In this document: piece by piece, positions 26,075 to 32,000 of the stretch
How positions within the stretch are numbered: the first letter of the stretch is position 1
How the letters are laid out: every line of letters starts with the position of its first letter
Notes under the pieces: generated by a model
Seen by the model: only the letters and a program-made list of their open reading frames with translations
Databases searched by the model: none
Told to the model about the DNA's origin: nothing
Source: Promethearchaeum syntrophicum
GTDB lineage: Archaea > Asgardarchaeota > Lokiarchaeia > Sigyniarchaeales > Promethearchaeaceae
Length of the DNA: 32,000 nt
Direction of reading: 5' to 3'
Assembly (NCBI RefSeq): GCF_008000775.2
Contig: NZ_CP042905.2
Coordinates: forward strand, 990,001-1,022,000
Program-made: the position numbers and the translations under genes

Positions 26075-26366
26075 ATGTTGATTATTCTATTTTTTTTAGG
26101 GTATTTTTTTTCTTTAAATATGCAGTGTATAGACTATTAATAATGTTGTGATTTTTCCAATTTTATAATCAAAAAAAGATAAGATTCCCCTTTTTTAAAG
26201 ACAATTTTTAAAAATATGAACATTGCTTTATATTTGAAAAAAAAAAAATTCCCATAATTCAATTTCTGTAATATAAGATCTGCAATTTAATAGAATCTGT
26301 GATAATACAGTACCAATTGAACTCGAACAACAAGTATTTTAAAGAGAGTTGGTTAAGTTTAATTTA

Positions 26367-26521
26367 AGAGCCGGAATCTATTTTTCAACTTATTATGAGT
26401 TGTTGAGACATGTCTCATTATATCGAAGTCTGACTTCGGATTCCTTATCTTCGCTATGTTGGCGAAGAACTCCCTCTTTTTATTTTTACATCAGGGGTAA
26501 GCAATTACCCCCTCCGGCTCT
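26367..26521 (+). ncRNA. Candidate structured RNA (or structured mobile-element remnant): closed multi-hairpin domain
   Basis: Perfect 9-bp outer stem AGAGCCGGA(26367-26375)/TCCGGCTCT(26513-26521). Enclosed hairpins: CAACTT-ATTAT-GAGTTG (26386-26402), TGAGA-CATG-TCTCA (26404-26417), CGAAGT-CTG-ACTTCG (26424-26438), TCTTCGC-TATGTTG-GCGAAGA (26448-26468), GGGGTAA-GCAA-TTACCCC (26494-26511). Alternative inner stem GGAATC(26373-26378)/GATTCC(26439-26444). Confidence 0.5.
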
Positions 26522-26608
26522 ATTTTTCTTTCTTTTTCCCAACATTTTAATAAAGAAATTATCCAAAATTAAATAAAAAATAAAAAAAACTAGGAATAAT
26601 TTAAAGTG

Positions 26609-27271
26609 TTAATAATACCACCCAAGGATTCCTGCAATGACATTCATTATAATTGCTACACCATAAATACAACCGATTGCAATTAATCTCTTTTTCATGG
26701 ATTTGATTTTGAGAACTAAAATACATGCCACATAAAAATGGAAATAACCAAAAAGAAAGATTAACCATACACCGGCGAAAGATCTATTCCAAAATGGATA
26801 AGTCCAAGTAAGAAGACCCCCAATGTTTAAAAAGATTTCAATAACAACGCAAAAAATTGCATATCCCAATCCCCAAAACCATCGATTATTAATGCCAAAT
26901 ATCTTCTCATTTTTGTCTTCTGATATAGTTTTTCCGTAAATTAGTCCACTAATCAAAAACATGAAAATTATTTCAACGTTCCATCCAACCATTACTCGAA
27001 GGGCAGTAGGTCCAGGGGTTGTCCAAAAAGCTTGATCTTGAGTTAGCCACGCTACCCAACCATTCCAAGTTTCGTTGAAAAAATCCATTCCGAACAGTGT
27101 TAAGCCGCAAACAATTACATCCCAATTTCCTGATTTGCGTGCTTTCTTGATTTCTGTTACATAGATGTAAAATACGAGAGCTAATAATGGTATAACAATC
27201 CAACCCATTTGTGTTAAATCACGCAATCCATCCAAAGCTGCTTGAGTATCTGTACTTCCATACGGTTCCAT
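26609..27271 (-). CDS. Uncharacterised polytopic membrane protein (~6 TM)
   Basis: 220-aa ORF with regular TM helices and conserved-looking loops 'DFFNETWNGW', 'TYPFWNRSFAGVWLIFLFGYFHFYV'. Confidence 0.75.
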   Translation of the reverse strand: MEPYGSTDTQAALDGLRDLTQMGWIVIPLLALVFYIYVTEIKKARKSGNWDVIVCGLTLFGMDFFNETWNGWVAWLTQDQAFWTTPGPTALRVMVGWNVEIIFMFLISGLIYGKTISEDKNEKIFGINNRWFWGLGYAIFCVVIEIFLNIGGLLTWTYPFWNRSFAGVWLIFLFGYFHFYVACILVLKIKSMKKRLIAIGCIYGVAIIMNVIAGILGWYY

Positions 27272-27498
27272 TTTTTTTCACCAAATTCTTCAATAAAAAA
27301 GAAAGCAAATAGAATTCAATTTAAATTCGATATTAAGTTTTAAAAATGTTATTAATGACAATAACCAAAAAAATAGAATATGAAATTATTTATATCGAGA
27401 ATTTTCAATATAAATTCATTGTTATTATGAGAAAAAAAATGAATATGTTTAGAAAAAAATCATAAAATTCAAGATTTATCTATGCTTGAAAACAAATA

Positions 27499-29274
27499 AT
27501 GGATACTAAAAAATTAAGAAAATTTATTTCATATTACAAACCACATAAAAAAATTTTCATAATAGATATGATCTGCGCATTTGGTGTAGCGGCTTTAGAT
27601 CTCATATTTCCAATGATTTCAAATATTTTTTTTAATGATTTCATTCCAAATCGAAATATATCTGCACTTCTCATATATTCAGTAGTATTACTGATTCTAT
27701 ATTTAATTAGGAGTGTTGCTAATTATATTATGGCATATTGGGGTCATATGGTTGGAATTAAAATGGAATTCGATATGCGAATTGATCTCTTTAAGCATTT
27801 TCAAACAATGCCGTTCTCATTTTATGATGATAGGAAGACAGGTCAATTAATGAGTCGTTTAGTTGGGGATTTACGTGAAGTGAGTGAGTTGGCTCATCAT
27901 GGACCAGAAGATCTCTTTATTTCTGTAGTGATGATATCGATAAGCTTTATATATCTGATGTTAGTGAACTGGGCATTAACTTTAATTATTTTTTCTTTTG
28001 TACTAGTGCAATTGTGGTTCAGCTTAACTAAAAGATGGAAAATGAGAGAAGCATTCAGAGGTACAAGAAAGGAACACGCTTCAATTAATGCAAAAATTGA
28101 AAATAGTATTTCTGGAATTAGAGTTTGTAAATCATTCGCTAACGAAGAATACGAGGTGGATAAATTTCAAGTTGAAAATCTAAAGTATAGGAGGTCTTAT
28201 AAGAATGCCTATAAAGTTATGGCCGAATTTTCTGCAGGTAATAATTTTATGATGGAAATTCTAAGTTTAGTCGCTATTGCTGTGGGAGCATTATTCTTAT
28301 ATTTTGAAATTCCCAATTCAGATTTTAATTTAGCTGATTTAATGACTTTTCTTTTATTTACTGCAATATTCATTAGACCTATAAGACGATTACTTCAATT
28401 TACTCAACAATATCAAATGGGCGCAGCGGGATTCGAGAGATTTTATGAATTAATGGAACTTAAACCTGATATTGCTGATAAAGAAAGTGCAATTGAAATG
28501 GTTGACCCCAAAGGAAAAATTGAATTCAAAGATATCTCATTTGGATATAACGAGCATCTTGGAAATGTGTTAGATAAATTTAATTTATCGATAGATGAAG
28601 GAAAAACTGTTGCTTTAGTTGGACCATCTGGTGTGGGAAAGACAACTATATCTCATTTAATCCCTCGATTTTATGATATTACTGAAGGAAAAGGAGAAAT
28701 TCTTATCGATGGAGTTAATATTAAAGATATCAAACTCGAATCAATAAGGAAAAATATCGGATTTGTTCAGCAAGATGTTTTTATTTTCTTTGGCACAATT
28801 GAAGATAATATAATCTATGGAAAACCTGAAGCTACAGAACAAGAAATTATTTTCGCAGCAAAACAAGCTAATATTCATGATTTTATAATGAGTTTGCCAG
28901 AAGGATATGAGTCTTATGTTGGAGAAAGAGGTGTTAAACTTTCTGGTGGTCAAAAGCAAAGAATTGCACTTGCTAGAATATTCCTTAAAAATCCTCCTAT
29001 GTTAATATTAGATGAGGCAACTTCTTCATTGGATAATGCAACTGAACTTCAAATTCAAGAAGCAATCGAAAAAATTGCGAAAAATAGGACAACATTAATT
29101 GTAGCTCATAGATTATCAACAATCATGAACGCTGATGAAATTTTAGTGCTAGAAAAAGGAAAAATTGTAGAACGTGGTTCGCACAAAGCACTCCTTAAAT
29201 CAAATGGATTATATGCTAAGTTATATCTGGCTCAATTTCAAGGATTTATCCCCGATTTAATCAAAACCGCTTAA
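27499..29274 (+). CDS. ABC exporter, fused permease-ATPase (MdlB/MsbA-like half transporter)
   Basis: 'MPFSFYDDRKTGQLMSRLVGDLREV', Walker A 'VGPSGVGKTTISHLI', signature 'LSGGQKQRIALARIFLKNPPMLILDEATSSLD', H-loop 'IVAHRLSTI'. Confidence 0.95.
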   Translation: MDTKKLRKFISYYKPHKKIFIIDMICAFGVAALDLIFPMISNIFFNDFIPNRNISALLIYSVVLLILYLIRSVANYIMAYWGHMVGIKMEFDMRIDLFKHFQTMPFSFYDDRKTGQLMSRLVGDLREVSELAHHGPEDLFISVVMISISFIYLMLVNWALTLIIFSFVLVQLWFSLTKRWKMREAFRGTRKEHASINAKIENSISGIRVCKSFANEEYEVDKFQVENLKYRRSYKNAYKVMAEFSAGNNFMMEILSLVAIAVGALFLYFEIPNSDFNLADLMTFLLFTAIFIRPIRRLLQFTQQYQMGAAGFERFYELMELKPDIADKESAIEMVDPKGKIEFKDISFGYNEHLGNVLDKFNLSIDEGKTVALVGPSGVGKTTISHLIPRFYDITEGKGEILIDGVNIKDIKLESIRKNIGFVQQDVFIFFGTIEDNIIYGKPEATEQEIIFAAKQANIHDFIMSLPEGYESYVGERGVKLSGGQKQRIALARIFLKNPPMLILDEATSSLDNATELQIQEAIEKIAKNRTTLIVAHRLSTIMNADEILVLEKGKIVERGSHKALLKSNGLYAKLYLAQFQGFIPDLIKTA

Positions 29275-29300
29275 TCACCACTTTCCTATTTTTTATTTTT

Positions 29301-30548
29301 TTACCGAATTTTAATGCCTTCTTTATATACAGAATTTGGATGAAATAGACGTTCAAGATTGTCTAAAGGATTTCTATCTGCAGCAAAAACAATGAAATCC
29401 GCATATTTTCCAACTTCCAAGGAACCAAGCTTATCTTCCCGACCCATAATTTTTGCATTATTGATTGTAGCACATTGAATACTTTTTATAGGGCTCAATC
29501 CGAATTGATTGTGCAACATAATAATTTCCTGTGCAATTTTACCATGATATACTAATGGAATTCCTGCATCATCACCTGCTCCAATAAGAATTCCATCAAA
29601 AGAAATTGCTTTCCGGAGGCCTATTTCTATTTCTTTAGAAATTCTCAGATCATTTATCAATTCCATTTCAGATAAACCAGTTTCCTCTCTTGAATGATTA
29701 CTATATGCATTTCCGGCTGCTAACGTAGGTATAATTCCTATTTGTTTTTCCTGTAATACTTTTAATATTTTATCATCATAGTTTGAACCGTGTTCGAGTG
29801 AATTTATTCCTCCGATAATACTATTTAACGAACCTTTATTCCCCTCTGAATGAGCTGTAACTTTTAAGTTATGTTTATGTGCAATATCACAAATTTCTGT
29901 AATTATTTCAATTGATAATTCTGCTTTTCCTGCTGTATCCAACGTTTTTGCACCGGTCACAGCTCCAGTTGCCATTATTTTAATACAATCTGCTCCTTTT
30001 TCTATTAAAGAATTCACAACGTGTTTTGCTTCTTCTATATTTGTAATTTCTATGCAAACTAATTCTCCGTGACTTCCCTTAAGGGCAATAGCTTTTCCAG
30101 CGGTGAAAATTCGAGCCCCTATTTCTTTTCCTGAATTAATTTTATCCCGGAGTTCAAAAATTCTTAAATCAGCTTCTCCCAAAGACCGGACTGTTGTAGT
30201 TCCGCTTAACAAGGCAGTCATAGCACTCTTTTTCATCGTATCATACATAATTTTTTTGAAAAATCTACGTTTTTGGATAAATTTCACTAATGTTTCATAT
30301 TTTGCGATTTTTGGTAATGGATTTCCACTCCCGCTCAAATGGCAGTGATTATTGATTAATCCAGGCAAAATCCATTGATTTTTAAAATCAATTTCAATAG
30401 AATTTATCGGGTTTTGGATATCTGTTCCAATTTTTTGAATTTTTTTGTCTGAAACAATCATTTTCATATTCAAAAGTGTTGTTTCTGAAACAGGATCGAT
30501 ATAGTTAAAGTTATGAAAGAAACTAATTTTAACGGGTTGGTTTGACAC
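29301..30548 (-). CDS. Amidohydrolase-superfamily protein (imidazolonepropionase/prolidase-like)
   Basis: 'ILPGLINNHCHLSGSG' metal HxH, 'TTVRSLGEADL', 'CIKIMATGAV', 'LKVTAHSEG', 'SLEHGSNYD', 'IGAGDDAGIPL', 'KIMGREDKLGSLEVGKYADFIVFAADR'. Confidence 0.9.
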   Translation of the reverse strand: MSNQPVKISFFHNFNYIDPVSETTLLNMKMIVSDKKIQKIGTDIQNPINSIEIDFKNQWILPGLINNHCHLSGSGNPLPKIAKYETLVKFIQKRRFFKKIMYDTMKKSAMTALLSGTTTVRSLGEADLRIFELRDKINSGKEIGARIFTAGKAIALKGSHGELVCIEITNIEEAKHVVNSLIEKGADCIKIMATGAVTGAKTLDTAGKAELSIEIITEICDIAHKHNLKVTAHSEGNKGSLNSIIGGINSLEHGSNYDDKILKVLQEKQIGIIPTLAAGNAYSNHSREETGLSEMELINDLRISKEIEIGLRKAISFDGILIGAGDDAGIPLVYHGKIAQEIIMLHNQFGLSPIKSIQCATINNAKIMGREDKLGSLEVGKYADFIVFAADRNPLDNLERLFHPNSVYKEGIKIR

Positions 30549-30637
30549 AAATATTCTTTATTTTATAAAACTAAATAATTTTTTAATTCATCTTTTGCTT
30601 TCAAATCGTGGTTTCATTATTAATAGGTGAAATTTAG

Positions 30638-31972
30638 ATGGCAGGTAAATCTTCAATTAGTAAAAGAATTGCTATTTTAGGTCTTTCTAATATATTATGG
30701 GGTCTCATCCCTTGGCCTGCTTCAAATTTATTTAAGGATTACTCGTCTTTGCTTATTATTTTTACAAGATTCATGTTTATGAGTTTTTTTCTTCTCCTAA
30801 TTGTAGGTATATTACTAATAATTGATCGAATAAAAGTGAAAGATAAAAATAAGAGTATAAATCTGAGAAAACTCATCCAATACTTAAAATCAAGAAATTA
30901 CGAGTTTTTTAAATTTCCACAATGGGCTTATTTATTAATAGTTGGTATTTTTGGTTTAAATTCAATGACTATTCTATTTTTCCTGGCATTAAAAACAATA
31001 GGGGTTATTACCACTTCTATTGGTGTTCTTACATCTTTAGTGATTGTTACTGCCATTAATTGGGGTCGTGGAAAGGAAGAAATGACAAAATTCAAAGTGC
31101 TCTACCTAACCACTCTTATTGGGGCTACTTTCATTCTTGGTTATATAAGTCAAGTATATTCCATAAGTGAATCTTCTGTATCCTTTGGATCCATCGTTTT
31201 AGTACTAATTTATGGAATTGCTCTTTCCTTTTTTGTTATTACTGGTTCAACTGATAAAATGAGTTTAAATGAATTCAAAATAGTCAAAGAAAACCCACGA
31301 TATCAACTTATAAGGACATTTTTTAAATTGGGTATGTTAGGTTTCTTTTCTGCATTAGTATATATTCCATCTCTTTTTCTTATGAGTAAATTTCATTTCA
31401 ATGAACAGATTGATTCTGAGATTACCCTTTTCTTTACTCATTTAAGCGATTGGTGGAAAATAGCTTTAAATTTTGATGGTATTATATTGATTATTGTTTG
31501 CACACTTATTCCATACGTGATCTACTATATAATGGCTGCTAATTGGCCAAAACACACTTCTTTTAATTTATGGGTAGGAGTAATGCAACTTATTGAACCT
31601 TTAATTAACATAATTATTGGAATTACTCTTCTAAATGAAGTATTCCCACTTTCTTGGTTACTAATAATTATATTTCTTTTTGGAATTGCAATTTTCACCC
31701 GTTATTTAAGTGAAACTGAAACCCAGATATTTGCAATATTTTTACTTAAAATTAAACCTCAATTCCAGCTAGCGGCAATGCAAAAAGCTTTTACTATTAA
31801 ACCTGTGAAAGAAGTATCTCACATGATTGGAGATTATGATATTTTTTTGGATACCCAGCTACATTCTTCCCAAGCATTGAATAAGTTCATTCAGCAAGAT
31901 ATTTTAACACTCCCCGGGTTAATTCGGTATGATTTTTTAATTATTACAAATAATATTCTTGAAAAAGATTAA
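30638..31972 (+). CDS. DMT/EamA-like 10-TM transporter with C-terminal Lrp/AsnC-type (RAM) ligand-binding domain
   Basis: N-terminal ~10 hydrophobic helices starting 'AILGLSNILWGLIPWPASNLF'. C-terminal 31724-31969 encodes 'QIFAIFLLKIKPQFQLAAMQKAFTIKPVKEVSHMIGDYDIFLDTQLHSSQALNKFIQQDILTLPGLIRYDFLIIT', with the RAM signature V-x-E-x-x-x-x-x-G-D-Y-D ... L-P-G-(V/L). Confidence 0.7.
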   Translation: MAGKSSISKRIAILGLSNILWGLIPWPASNLFKDYSSLLIIFTRFMFMSFFLLLIVGILLIIDRIKVKDKNKSINLRKLIQYLKSRNYEFFKFPQWAYLLIVGIFGLNSMTILFFLALKTIGVITTSIGVLTSLVIVTAINWGRGKEEMTKFKVLYLTTLIGATFILGYISQVYSISESSVSFGSIVLVLIYGIALSFFVITGSTDKMSLNEFKIVKENPRYQLIRTFFKLGMLGFFSALVYIPSLFLMSKFHFNEQIDSEITLFFTHLSDWWKIALNFDGIILIIVCTLIPYVIYYIMAANWPKHTSFNLWVGVMQLIEPLINIIIGITLLNEVFPLSWLLIIIFLFGIAIFTRYLSETETQIFAIFLLKIKPQFQLAAMQKAFTIKPVKEVSHMIGDYDIFLDTQLHSSQALNKFIQQDILTLPGLIRYDFLIITNNILEKD

Positions 31973-32000
31973 AGAAAATTAGAAAAAAAATTGGCGAACA

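Noticed and set aside
26373-26444. Possible tRNA: GGAATC...GATTCC encloses three hairpins in 72 nt
   Set aside because: The hairpin loops are 5, 4 and 3 nt. There is no 7-nt anticodon loop and no T-loop TTCNANY, so it is not a canonical tRNA. Kept only as part of the structured-element finding.
26349-26576. 75-aa + strand ORF (MVKFNLRAGIYF...)
   Set aside because: It lies directly over the multi-hairpin structured region, has low-complexity Phe/Ser/Pro content and no recognisable domain. The palindromic sequence explains it better.
1-32000. CRISPR arrays, transposases or prophage structural genes
   Set aside because: I read for evenly spaced direct repeats and for recognisable transposase, integrase or capsid proteins and saw none. 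This was by eye, not by computation.

Overview
AT-rich archaeal chromosomal window, probably Asgard-like: a histone, RpoK/Rpb6, Hef, archaeal-type AlaS and a divergent actin-like protein occur together. The taxonomic call is inference. It holds about 24 protein genes and one tRNA. Recognisable genes: a GNAT fragment, FAS1, rpoK, histone, hef, PHP hydrolase, actin-related protein, TPR + degenerate CHAT protein, PLD-fold protein, class-III aminotransferase, two divergent standalone E2-type acyltransferases, alaS, an ICMT-like methyltransferase, tandem acyltransferase-3-like genes, a coiled-coil membrane-anchored protein, a TPR protein, an ABC exporter, an amidohydrolase and a DMT transporter. 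Leads most worth following: (1) the same-strand module 5436-11652, which runs polyproline/coiled-coil protein, divergent actin-like protein, TPR + apparently inactive CHAT, degenerate PLD-like protein, polytopic membrane protein; (2) a compact intergenic region at 26367-26521 with a perfect 9-bp closing stem around five hairpins, one with a GNRA tetraloop, which looks like an uncharacterised structured RNA or element; (3) a DMT-type permease whose C-terminus looks like an Lrp/AsnC effector-binding (RAM) domain. I saw no CRISPR array and no transposase.
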